A stretch of DNA of 57,651 bases, filler included, from Sphacelaria rigidula (taxonomy: Eukaryota): the NCBI GenBank assembly GCA_964200075.2. It is 9 parts of 9 records of this genome, joined end to end, with 100 filler letters (N's around TTAATTAATTAA, not from the genome) between each part and the next. Parts side by side here need not be neighbours in the genome. Positions count along the whole stretch, not along the records: positions 6,419 to 12,735 come from CAXNAA020020812.1; positions 12,836 to 19,152 come from CAXNAA020020813.1; positions 19,253 to 25,569 come from CAXNAA020020814.1; 6 more parts are not named here. The stretch is one strand, 5' to 3'. A program made the translations under genes and the position numbers. Below the pieces are notes generated by a model, which saw nothing but the letters and a program-made list of their open reading frames with translations, searched no databases and was not told where the DNA came from. Every line of letters starts with the position of its first letter. Positions within the stretch are counted from its first letter, which is position 1. Below, in pieces: positions 10,998 through 22,435 of the stretch.

Positions 10998-13900
10998 TTG
11001 AGTATGGATTTCCCCAAGGTTTAGGATACCCTCATACCAAAAATAGCAAAGAATAGATCGGCAAGTTTCATCACACCATGTGTCAGTCCCTAAGCCGCAC
11101 TCTAGCCTTATGGCACAGTACAGAACGGCACAGTACGGTTCAATGGTTGATGGCTATGTACCCAGCTGCACTGTCTGTAGCGTACGTCATATGAACAGCA
11201 GTAAGGTCAGCGCCATCGGTTCACAAGCAGTATTATTGTGCGATCACGCGCAAGGTGAACGCTAGTTTTGGACGTGGTCCATTTTTTTCTGGGTAGACCC
11301 TGGGTAGACACGAAATTCCTTAAATGGATCATGGCAACAGGAGCCAAGAAACCTACGGGAAGGCAGAGGACTTCCGCAATTACGAAGAGCATTTCGACCC
11401 CCTAGAAGCGTGCTGCGTTGTTGGAGGATAAGTCTATTCTCTCGCTCCAGGTATGCAAGTCAACTGCGATGCGTATAAAAACGTATTTAGGTTGCAGGAT
11501 CGCGAAGAGCTTCGGCTGTTCCTTTTTGAACAGAGTTCGTCAACATGAGTACTGGACGACTACAACATTGTATCTGCCAAGGAAAACATTCATGACAGGT
11601 CCTGCAACTGCAGGCGACTTACTTCACTGCCGCCGACGTACCTGCTCAGTGGAACGTACGCATAGCAGACTATACTCTCTAGTTGCACGCAAGTAAGCAT
11701 GCTATCCTCACCTTACCCCCAACAGAATCACTCCCGCCACCCATGGGCTGTTGTTCGTGCTATGACCACAAGAGCACCACTCCCGCTCCGGCCACGGCGA
11801 CGCCGCGCGAAATCCGCCAAGGACTGCACAAGCAAGCTGGTCAATGAAATCAGCCGTGCATATATATTTATGCAGTCGAAGGCGACGAGCGATTCGCGTA
11901 TGCCTCTCCACTTTCCAGTAGGTCCTGGGGACCTCCTTCTGCGCGGCAAAGCGAGTTATCACGTTTCTCACCGTGACAGGAGACGAGACGGTGTAGGCAG
12001 CTCTGAGTTGCGGCGTAACTTCAACTGATCCACCGCAACGTGCGGCGGGTCTGCCATGCGCGGAATTTTCGAAAGCACCTTCTTCTGAATTGCGCTATAT
12101 TATTGTTCTCGCAGTACTCTTTGTATTCAGACGCGCGGCCGCAGGGTTGAAAGTTTACTAGCAGCCGGGCATGGGAAAATTTGTTCTCTGGTTGGGAGTA
12201 TTCATGGTTGTGGCGAACTAAAGATCGTGCTAGCCGTCGCTAAAAGAAATACAGCACGAGTGCATGATCGAGATGAAAACTCAGATGGTTCTTCTTGACC
12301 TTCTTGAAATAACTTATTACCATCCCTCTCATTCAGACCCGCGGTCGAACAGAAGATTGTGGGGCGACCGCATGTAGAAGGCACCATTCCTCCTCTGGTG
12401 GGGGGCACGTGCCTGCAGTGATCATCTGCACATAAATGACGCCCCCCACGCCAAAAGCAGTATAATACCATCACCACAAAAAACCTAGAGAGAGATCACC
12501 GCAGCAGCAACGACGTCCTTGTATCAGGAAAGAAAAAAATGAATCATCACCAGAAGAAGTACACTGTATTTGTGAAGATGTACAAGCTGGTTCAGATTGA
12601 ATACCCAAAATGTATTCCCCGGCTAATTACGAACGCAATACCCAGCCAAAATGCACAAATGTGGTATCATACTGACCGCAAGGAACAGACGAAAAGGGTG
12701 ACATAGTCGGATTTTTGTTCAAGGCTATAGCGGTGNNNNNNNNNNNNNNNNNNNNNNNNNNNNNNNNNNNNNNNNNNNNTTAATTAATTAANNNNNNNNN
12801 NNNNNNNNNNNNNNNNNNNNNNNNNNNNNNNNNNNACCGGAGGCGAGAACAGGTTCCAACGGCTGGGGGGGGGGGGGGGGAGGGGGGAGACGGAAAGCAC
12901 GAAATCGCGCGCTTGTTGAAAAAACGTCACTCATTTACATACACAGAAACGTCCAACTGAAAAACGTTCCGCCGCACGCACTCATCGGAGATCGACAAAG
13001 CACAGCTAGAAATACCCACAGCATAACACGCGACAGAAGTACGAAAACAATAAAATGAAAGCGCATGATAAGTTAGGAGACACTAAACACACCCCACCCG
13101 TACTAGCATACAAAACGATCGCGACTTAGACCCTGCTCGCCCAACCCCGTACTTTTACTTCAGCTCACGCCTCTTCCGTCGCCCTCAAGGCGCAAACAAG
13201 GCCTTCATGTTGCTAGGGCCCGCCACGACAGACGTGAAAAGAAATCGACATCAGATCTAGCTGGCTAGCTTAGAAGACTAGTCTATCCTTCCGTTTCTGC
13301 GAGGTTCTATTTCTGCAGTAGACCCGTGCTGAGAGACTATGATATTTACCTGAAAACACTCGTATTACTGTACTCTGCACAGACATGAATCAAATCACTG
13401 CGCGGTGCGCAGAATCATCGAGAACAACAACAGAACAAAGAGTCAAATTTTGGTTGCGTCAGGGTCCCGGCGGGTGGGCATGTCACATCTCCATCACGCC
13501 TCTCGCCCACTCCGACACATGAACACGTATACGCTCAGCTCTGGATCGTGGACCCAACCCAGCTGTTGTGTGCTTTTACGGAAACACATGGGACCGCCGG
13601 ACCAAGGCGTCACAATATCATTTACTACTCGAAAACTTCGTCGCACTGGGGTCTCAGCGTGTCGTCTCCGTCCGTCTGCCCGCACTCAACACATCCGATG
13701 CGGATGCTGATGACCTGCAAGCAGAGCAAAGAGGAGCCAAGGAAACGACAATGCACACACATCATGCACCGCCGATTTTGTTCGTCTCGTTCTTTTTATT
13801 CAAAAGCTTCGGCGAAGGCGTTCCGAAGGGATTACTTCGCTCGCCACGTGATGAACCCCTTCCCCATCGGTGTGAAATGTTCGCAAACTTGCGGACACAT

Positions 13901-14620
13901 CTATGGTAACCAACAACCTTTGGCTGCGACTTTGTTCAGATAGATCCAAATGTACCGGAGTATTTGTGCGTTAAAAAGAAAAACGCCACATGAAGCCGGC
14001 CGTCAACACAGTTCAAGAAAACAGCAGTATTCTCTCCAATACCTCTTGGGGAGGCCATGAGATGATGCGAACATGCCAAGCGTTCACGATACCACATGGT
14101 TCGACACGATGAATCAGAAACCAAAACAGAAAACGAAAAAACACACGCAACGCAGACCCAAAATCAAGTGGACGACACAAACGCTCATCGATTCAGTTGA
14201 TTGTCGCACATCCATTTTTGCTGCTCCTGACCGCGGGCTGGGTTGTTACAATAAGCTACCGTGAGATAGTCAATCAATGATCAATCAATTGAACCGTCGC
14301 AAATCGAGCCGTTGTCAATTGACAGAAGCGTTCGGGCGAAATAAACGGAAACAAAAGAGTGCAAAGCGAGAAGAGAAAACAAGGAAACAGAGTGAACTGA
14401 CATGGACACCAAAGGTAAGAACCAGTGCCGGTCTCGACCAAACACCCCGACAGAACCTTGCCAGGGCTTGAGTTACGGAGGCCACCCGATGCAGTAAGCC
14501 AAGGCCGTGAGAGCAGGTTGCGACTCGGCTACCTGTAGACCGGACTACAACACAGGTGTCAAACGGAACAGTATCAACACAAATAAAAACGAGTAAAAGA
14601 GATAAGTCAAATCATCTCAC

Positions 14621-14935
14621 CTCAAACTGCTCGCGTTCGATTCGCGAATCGCGTCCAAATCCGCCCTCTCGAACGCAATCGACGGCCGGACCGGTAGCGG
14701 CGGGGGCACACCGCCCCCTCCACTGCTGCGCGCGCTGCCGCCACCACCGTCCCCGTCTCCGGCTCCTTCGTGCAACGCATCGTGGTTACCGATCGCGTGC
14801 GGGTGACTCGAGCCCGACCCGGTCGTTGCGGCGCGGACCAGATCTGGACTAGACTGCATCCTTCCCAGACCCTGCGATGACTTCTCGAGAGATTGCGGTC
14901 TGGCCGGCAGCGGCGGCGGTGGCGAACGGACGCTG
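14621..14935 (-). CDS. MAP65-family protein, Pro-rich tail exon
   Basis: Acceptor ccaag|cag (NAGNAG), SVRSPPPPLPARP...RESNASSL ag|gtgag. In phase with the upstream exon. Downstream exons are uncertain (candidate 13770-13900). Confidence 0.7.
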
Positions 14936-14960
14936 CTTGGAGGAAGGCATAGGAACGAGC

Positions 14961-15340
14961 GTGGGGCGGAGGAGGGGGAGGAGGGGATGGAGGCGTAGCC
15001 ATTTGTTGCTTGCTTTAGTCGTGTGACCATTGACTATGCATATCCCTTTCGAGACGGAGCACCATTCCTTCTCCTGATGGAGACACCTTCAACATTCCGG
15101 CGTTCATTACGTTTCTTCCATATATTGCACAAAAAACTTTCACAGATCTTACTCCCGTCCTGCTTCGCCGTCTGTGGCTACCATCTATCTCCTAGTATAA
15201 CCATCGTTTTCTCCCTACTGTCTGATGCATCAAACGATTTCATGCCACCTTCGTTCACGTCCTGTTCCTCCTTGTATAGTTCACATTCTGGAACCATATG
15301 ACTGCTGCTCTCTATTACGTTGCCACAGAGGAGGGGGGGG
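14961..15340 (-). mobile_element. LINE 3'-end fragment (poly-C-tailed family)
   Basis: Encodes IESSSHMVPECELYKEEQDV...GDRW...SRKGYA, matching 32603-32986. Further tail copies at 15478-15546(-), 19098-19152(+), 19253-19312(-), 25491-25569(-) and 41440-41607(-). Confidence 0.9.
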
Positions 15341-15740
15341 GGGGGGGGGGGGCGGTCTTTTTTTTTTTTTTCCTTTTTTTTTTTCACATTTCCCCCCCCC
15401 CCCTTTTAGACGGGGGGTTNNNNNNNNNNGTGTCTTTGGGCGGGGAGGGGGGGGGGGGGTGGGGGGGGGGGGGGCTGCGCGTACTCATTTGTTGCTTGCC
15501 TTAGTCATTTGACCATTGACCACGCATCCCTTTCGAGACGGAGCATTCTGTGGGGGGGAGGATACTGTGAGTTCATCAACCCTATCGCAACTGTGAGCTC
15601 AGACAAGACCACCACTACCACCCACCCTCTGTCCCTGTGGTACTCATTGACGATCAAACCGCACCAACATTCCATTCTCAGCGGCGCTCTCCTCCTAAAA
15701 AAATGAAGAGCAACAAAAAGGCTTGAATTTAATCACTCAC

Positions 15741-16453
15741 TGGGTTCCCCCGGTGGACGCGAACACGTTCGCGAGAGCGCGAGGCTTCGCACCCGCTCTG
15801 ACCGAACGAGGCGGACTGAACGGTGAGAGCAGAGGATTCCTAGACGGTCTCTCCCTTTGGGGTGTGACGGGCGCTGCGGGCTCCCTCCCTCCCTCTCCTC
15901 CGGCCGCGCCGCCAGCTCCTCCATCCCCGCCGCCCGCCGACCGCGCCCCGGCTGACCCCCCCTCTCCGTGGGTCACCCCCGTTGCCCCCCCACGCGAGTC
16001 CACCATGGGACCCCCGCCCCCGCTAAACGTGCTGCTGGTACTGCCGCCGCTTCCGGTCCTGCTGCCCAGGGTACCGTTGCCGTTGTCCCCGCTGGCCGCT
16101 CGCCCGCCCTGTCGCCCCGCCGATCCGTTATTCGGCGTTAGGCTGCCGCCGCCGCTCGCCGTGGTTGTAGGTTGCGGTGGGGAGCCGAAGACGGTGCTGC
16201 CGCTGCTGCTGCTGAGGCTGGCCGTGCTTATTTGGCGCATGCTCTGCGGCCGCTGATGCCCGCCTCCGACGCCGGGACCGCCACCGCCCGTGGTGTTGAA
16301 GACGCTGCTTTGGATCGCCGTAGCCGCTCTTGTCGGGGAGGAGGGCGCACCGCCAAAACTTTCGATCGAATCACCTCCGCCGCTGCTGGTGCTGCCGTGC
16401 ATTCCCGTTCGTCGTGCTAGGTGCGCGGAGGTCACCGGGGAGGCATCAAATCC
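15741..16453 (-). CDS. MAP65-family protein, Gly/Ser/Pro-rich tail exon
   Basis: ctttcttccccag|GFDASPV...NVFASTGGT ca|gtgagt. Open 713-nt GC-rich exon, phase 0 in and phase 2 out. Confidence 0.75.
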
Positions 16454-16768
16454 CTGGGGAAGAAAGTGGGATGGGGTATGAGGGCGGGGACGAAGCGGCA
16501 AACAAGTTTATCGTATCGAATGACGTCATGAACAGGCGACACATGTTGCGAGGTCAAGTCTGGGAACATGGTGTACAGAGATAATATTTGTTCAGGCTTT
16601 TTTTTTCTTCAATGTTGAATCATTCAAATTTCGATGCTATAGAAGGAAAGCCGAAGATACGGTAACCCCGACGCATGCGACATTTCAACATTAAAGTTCA
16701 AGACCAAGGGTACGCGGAAAGACAAGTAGCTCCAAGAGAAGTACAAGGAAAAGGAGCGCGAAGCTTAC

Positions 16769-16862
16769 CCCATGGATCCTGACTCTCCGGTTGGTTTCCG
16801 TACGGTGCTGCCACTGCGAGTCAGTGTCCTCGATCATCTTGAGGTACTCTCGCCCGTTGTAC
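16769..16862 (-). CDS. MAP65/Ase1/PRC1-family protein, internal exon
   Basis: cag|g YNGREYLKMIEDTDSQWQHRTETNRRVRIHG|gtaag continues the F..nG..yL..i motif. Splice phases are consistent. Confidence 0.8.
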
Positions 16863-17974
16863 CTGTTCACAGCAGTATCCATAAAAAATGAACAGCAATG
16901 TCATCATTAACTCTAACATTGAGGGAAAAAAAAAACGTATTGATCGTACGACACTCGACAGAGAACACGATACCCCCCACCCCCCCGAGTACCGATGAGT
17001 CACGGCTACATTCGCAAGCAACTTTTTCTTCATTTTCCAAACTCTAGAAGACACTCTTGATGCGGTTACAATGTCAAAAACCACCCCCTACAGGATACAA
17101 AAAGTAGCGTTGGCGCTCATGAACCTCAAATAAGGAGCGGAGGGCTAGTGAAAATATCATGCGTCATCTTGCACATACCTACTCCATATTCATGACGAAA
17201 TCAATTACCGCTTTGCGACCTGGATATCTGGACCTGACTGACCGGTACGAGAGGGTTTTGAAACCCAGGGTCGATCATCGGGCGCTGATCCTCACATGAC
17301 TTTTTCACCGTCGAGATTTGAAGGCATTTTATATACAGTACCACAACGTAGAGACCTAAATATCCTTCATGTCACCAACCACTACCACCGTGACTAAACC
17401 CTTTCAAAAAGCTGAAATGCAAACGGTTGCACGCACCAGTCCTATCAACCCCGTCACCCACAGAATTCCCACAATCACGAGCCACTGACCAAAACTTCAC
17501 AGATCAGCTGCCTGTAGCTAAAGCTAGCTTGTTTTCTAGCGTAGCTCCCTAATGAGTCATGAGAGCTACATGAGCTACGCATGTTAGCTCTAGAGTAGTA
17601 AACCAAGCCGGAGCTCATCAATGCATATACGTCCTGGGAGAGGTATGAGAGCTACGCCTGTTTGCCGTGGATGAGCCATGACAGCTGCAGGAGCTATGCA
17701 TGTTTGCCCTGAATAAACTACCAGAGGTACAGTAGGCACCAGTCACGAAGTAGCAACGTTCGACGTCGCAGCAGGCGACCTCCCTGCCGCCGTCATGGTA
17801 TCAGCTTTCGCTTTGTTGTGTTGGTTGGGTGAACTTGAAGGGCTCGGTGCGCACAAGGCGTTGCCTTTGGTTCGGCTCCGCACTACTGCTAATCTCGTGG
17901 GTGTATGTTCAGCTATTCTAGAAGATGACGGGGTGATGAGCAAATACCCAGAGTTGAACCTTCTGCGAATACTG

Positions 17975-18118
17975 CACACCCTCGACACCAGATTGCACTG
18001 TCAAAAAGTGTACTGCGTACAGTATAGAATATGTTGTCTAATGCAGTAAACGTGACAGCCGATACTGGCTGTACGCAATACACTTCTTGACAATGAAATA
18101 TATTGTTCGGGGGTGTGA
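17975..18118. repeat. Intronic inverted repeat / hairpin (~50-bp arms)
   Basis: cacaccctcgac...cactgtcaaaaagtgtactgcgtacag pairs with ctgtacgcaatacacttcttgacaatg...gttcgggggtgtg. Confidence 0.8.
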
Positions 18119-18693
18119 AATACTGCACAAGCGGGGCGTTAACCCTTCGCGGTACATTTCGACAAAAATCGAACATGCTGGCATATAGATAGATCTGCGC
18201 AGCCGACATGTTGATAATACCCCGCCGAAAGGGGGCAATTCGAGAAATACACGATAAGAATTTCCTCAACACTTCACCGTCCCCGGTACATGTTGGTATG
18301 GCGCGTTTCCTCCCTTTAACCCCATACAAGACGACGACCAAAGACAGCTGAAGCGATCTCCCACGTCTGGTACTGTTGTGCTTTGTCGCTGGTCCACATG
18401 GTGTACTGTACCGTGCATCAAGTGCTGATTTTTCGACGGTTTTGGGGCGCCAGTCGAGGACACAAGCCCGACCGAACTCGGGCCACAATCCAATGGAAAA
18501 TGAGTGAATGCATTGTACTTTCATAGGCAGTGGCTGTAAACTGGTGATGCTACTGCCAATTGTGCGTAATCTCGATGTCAACACACAACCCTACTCCCCC
18601 TCTAGTACTAAATAACCCGTCAAAGGAGGGGGGGGAGGGTTGCGAAGGGCAGAAAGTGCCAACACAAATGAAGCCCTCAGCGTGGAGCAATAC

Positions 18694-18803
18694 CTGAACG
18701 GAAAACCTTCCCGCTCGTTCCACTCCTTCAGCAGTCTCCTCAACTCCTCCGTAATATAAGGCAACTTCTTCAGCTCTTTCTTCATCTGGTCGATCGCCCT
18801 TGC
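18694..18803 (-). CDS. MAP65/Ase1/PRC1-family microtubule-bundling protein, internal exon
   Basis: cag|ARAIDQMKKELKKLPYITEELRRLLKEWNEREGFPFR|gt matches the family motif K.LP..ee.L...l..W....g.pF. Splices in phase 2 to the next exon. Confidence 0.75.
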
Positions 18804-19313
18804 CTGCGATCAAACATGAAATCAACATGAAAACACAACAGGCGAAGCCCCGCGACGAAAACTGAATTCCACAATAGTGGGCAGCCAGGGTACCCGATGA
18901 CACTACTCCAGTGTACTCACGATAACGACTGCCGAAAATACTCAGTATCCTAGGCATTCATATTCATAGATCAACCTCAAAATACACGGTACCAGCGGAT
19001 GTACTCCACGTACCCTTGCAATATTTTGTAATTTTACATTCGGAGCTCCACGAAAATACAGTGTGGTCAATGAAAACCAGTTCCCTCCCCCCCCCCCTGC
19101 TCCGTCTCGAAAGGGATGTGTGGTCAATGGTCAAATGATCAAGGCGAGCAACNNNNNNNNNNNNNNNNNNNNNNNNNNNNNNNNNNNNNNNNNNNNTTAA
19201 TTAATTAANNNNNNNNNNNNNNNNNNNNNNNNNNNNNNNNNNNNNNNNNNNNGGGGTACTCATTTGTTGCTTGCCTTAGTCGTGTGACCATTGACCACGC
19301 ATCCCTTTCGAGA

Positions 19314-19535
19314 GGGGGGGGGTATTTGATTCCACGAAAAGCAAGGCTCATAGGTGTGTCAGATGACCTGGCACACTCGCGGTGCGTTTGTATCTGGTTA
19401 AAAAGCGGTGTCAAGCAGTATGAATGAGCGTTACACATCTATAACGAGCTCGTTCGAACAACCGCTGCTGCTTTCAACGACGATTTCGCTCGGAATTTCG
19501 TGCAAGAAGTGGCCCGAAATACCCCCCCCCCCCCC
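19314..19535. mobile_element. ~220-bp MITE-like element bounded by G-run and C-run
   Basis: G(n)TATTT...AAATAC(n). Homologous copy at ~44540-44782 (acactcgcggtgcg.ttgtat.tgg.taaaagcggtgt...gctgctttcaacgac). Confidence 0.75.
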
Positions 19536-19908
19536 TATCGTAGGATAACTCGGAGATGCACTAAATGTTGGTGCTTCTAGTTGAATTTGGTGCGCATCAG
19601 TTAGTGCAGGGTCAACGCTTGACTTGAGCCCTTCTCTTCATGTACATGCAAAGCACCCGGGTGTTATTGGAGATTCAAGGTCCAGTTTGTCGGCACCCTT
19701 CGAAATTTTCAGCTGTGGACGTGTCTCTTGTACTGAAAACCGCGCACGATATTCAAGTATTGGGATGAATAGCTGAGCATGTATCGAACATTCGCTCCTA
19801 TACATCAACTTCTCGAAACCAAAAATACTTTTGGTAAGATGACCCAAATTACTACACCCCCGCGGCTTCCTCTCCCTCCCCACTTCACACCCTGTTGTCA
19901 TTCTTCAG

Positions 19909-19980
19909 GCTCAATCCCAGTGTCAATTGGGAAGCTGTTCATGCTGACGAAGCTCTTCCTCGGCAACAATAACCTCACAG
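19909..19980 (+). CDS. Single 72-nt leucine-rich-repeat exon (ROCO/LRR-receptor type)
   Basis: ttcttcag|G SIPVSIGKLFMLTKLFLGNNNLT G|gtacgt. Exactly one 24-aa plant-type LRR with phase-1 introns on both sides. Confidence 0.88.
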
Positions 19981-21083
19981 GTACGTGGGCCGGTACTTGT
20001 TACCCGTCTTCTGATACTGACTAGCGTGGATGCGGATACCCACAACTTACCGGTAGCACAATGTGGGGGCCAAAATCGCAACCCGACTAAATATTGGCCA
20101 CACGATGGTCGACCATACGAGGTGGTCCTACGAGATCGTTCCGCAGCATGCTTATGAGATAGTATGCTAGATATCGTGTAATCCCTAGAAATCCGTCAGG
20201 TCGTTTATTGGGAGTTCATCTGCGATACGTTTCCTGTGGTACATCGCCGTGTATGGTTTTGTTTCATGCTTTTAAACATGCTTGAAATATCCACAACCAT
20301 ACCGTCCCGCGGTAACACAAGATCATACTTCGCACCCGTTCACCGTGAAAATCGTACTGCGTTGTCTCGTACCGTGAATCACGAAACGCCGTACCGCGCA
20401 AATACCGCAAACCACCCCTAGCGTTTTGGTAAAAACAGAAACACTATGGACAAGTTTCACCCGTGCAGCTTAAAGGTAGAGTTTGAGGCTTGAATATGAG
20501 GAACATGTACCGTTATCCTTGTTTTTTTTTTATTCGGGAGTGCTCCATCTCCGAAGGAATGCGGTGGCCAACGGACAAACGACCAAGGGAAGCAACAACT
20601 TAGTACCCTCCCGCCCCCCCCTCCCTTCCTCTCTTTTATTTCGCATATGACCGCAGATCTGGAACGAAAAATGCAACAATGTCGTGGTTACATAAAATCA
20701 TGAAACAAACAAGAACGTTGAAACGAAACAAAACGCCATGACTTCAGCCCCCCTCCAACTCGGACGACTCCGTAATCTCAAGGAATCGACTCACGTGTCG
20801 CTCGGGGCGGGACATGCCTAACATTTCGGTACAATGTCGCGGATTGGATCAACACTCCCGCGGCACGTCCACTCTCATCACATTTCCCCCTAGCCACGTG
20901 CGTCCTCCACGCCTTCAACGATGGAAACCATATACTGTTGGGGGGAAAACAATACAGAAATTGTATCTGCCTAGAATTGAACCGCTTTACTCCGTCCCAA
21001 CCGACATTCTCATGTACCAGTTGGGCCACCGGGGTTCAGATCGTGAGGTGTACATCACGAATGGAATTTGTAGTCACAGCCGC

Positions 21084-21165
21084 GCCCTGGTGGTGTAATG
21101 GTCCGACTGTCGCCATTAGAGTGGAGAGAACGAGGGCTCGATTCCCGATGTGTCGGAGTTTTTCT
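21084..21165 (+). mobile_element. tRNA-derived SINE head or tRNA pseudogene
   Basis: A-box TGGTGTAATGGT (21091), B-box GGGCTCGATTCCC (21134), then TTTTT. Acceptor and anticodon stems do not pair. Confidence 0.5.
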
Positions 21166-21723
21166 TCGTAGTACGCGGTTTTCACCGTGGAAAGCGTGAG
21201 AACGTGAGTAAAGCAAAGTAGTCGACGGGGTTCGTGTGACGTGAGTTGACGCGGTGCGGGAGTGCTGGTCATGATCCAATCTGCGAGACCAAAATGCGAG
21301 GCGTGTACCGGGGAGAGATCGGTTGAAAGTGCGACAAATTACTTGAGATAATAATAAAATAAAATAAGAAAAAATAGGCAGATGTACTGCGGTGGCATAT
21401 TTCCCCTCCCGTTCGCGTGTAGCACGAGTGAGGTTGCAAGCTTCACCGCTGCATCGGCTAGTGCCACAGGCCTCGCTGCCGCCTTTGCGCTTGGGAGGGA
21501 CGGCTGCACTTGAAACAAACGCTGCCCCGGCGGAGAAGCCAGGGCCGCCAAGAGCGCCCAGTAAGCCGTATGCGTTTGTTCATATTGCATCGAAGCAAAG
21601 TCACCAGGCCTGGAGGGGCGAGTGAGGGGACGAGAAGCCGTCAGGTCCTACGAGGGACGGGTCAAGGGTCATCAAGATGTCTCGTTTTTCCGAGAAGAGC
21701 GGAAGAAGGTAGATCACAATATC

Positions 21724-22026
21724 AACAGTGTTTTCGTGAGATTGAGCGTAAGGGATACGATTGAGGGTGAAGAGCGATCAATTAGTGAATGAATCGTCTC
21801 AGTTCCTAAATGCCCCTTCCCGAGGCCCAATATGCTTTCCGTAGTAGTAGCTTGCCACTGAGGCCCTTGATATCCCTGAGTCCGATATCGACGAGTAGCT
21901 GTAAGCACACGCCGGTGATAGGGGCAAGGAAAAGCACACACGGAAAGAAAAATTGGCTCAGTTAAAGCGACTGATCAAAACCACTCTCGATCAGCGCTCT
22001 ACTCTCAATCTCACGAAGACGTTGTT
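21724..22026. mobile_element. ~300-bp MITE-like insertion
   Basis: TIRs aacagtgttttcgtgagattgag / ctcaatctcacgaagacgttgtt. Confidence 0.65.
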
Positions 22027-22435
22027 CATCATAGAATGTTGGTATCGAGGCGCCGCCTTAAAGCATTTCGGCGCTCAGCGGCACGATCGAGGGATATCCA
22101 TCGCGGGCACGTTCATTATTGATGTGCGAGAAGATCTTGCCATAGAGATCGAGGCGGCGGATGTTCTCATTCGGAGTTCGTTGAGCGTAGTGGCACACGG
22201 CCGCCTCTGAGGGGACCGACTCGTGTCCTTCTGCCAAGGGTTTTGGTTGAACCTACGTTGATCCTGGCGACGCGGTACCGCTCTCCAGGGGGTCGCGCTC
22301 ATGGTGATGATGAGAGAAGGGCCTTCAGTATCTTGTTTGGTGGGTTCGGTATTATGGACGCTTTGCAGATTCAGTCCGCCACTTGTATGTTTGGCTAGGG
22401 GTGGTGTGCCAGTGGGTTCGCGAAATAGGCTTGTT

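Noticed and set aside
15723..16584. Plus-strand Pro-rich ORFs
   Set aside because: Antisense shadows of the GC-rich minus-strand MAP65 exon.
21084..21160. Functional tRNA gene
   Set aside because: A and B boxes are present but the acceptor and anticodon stems do not pair.
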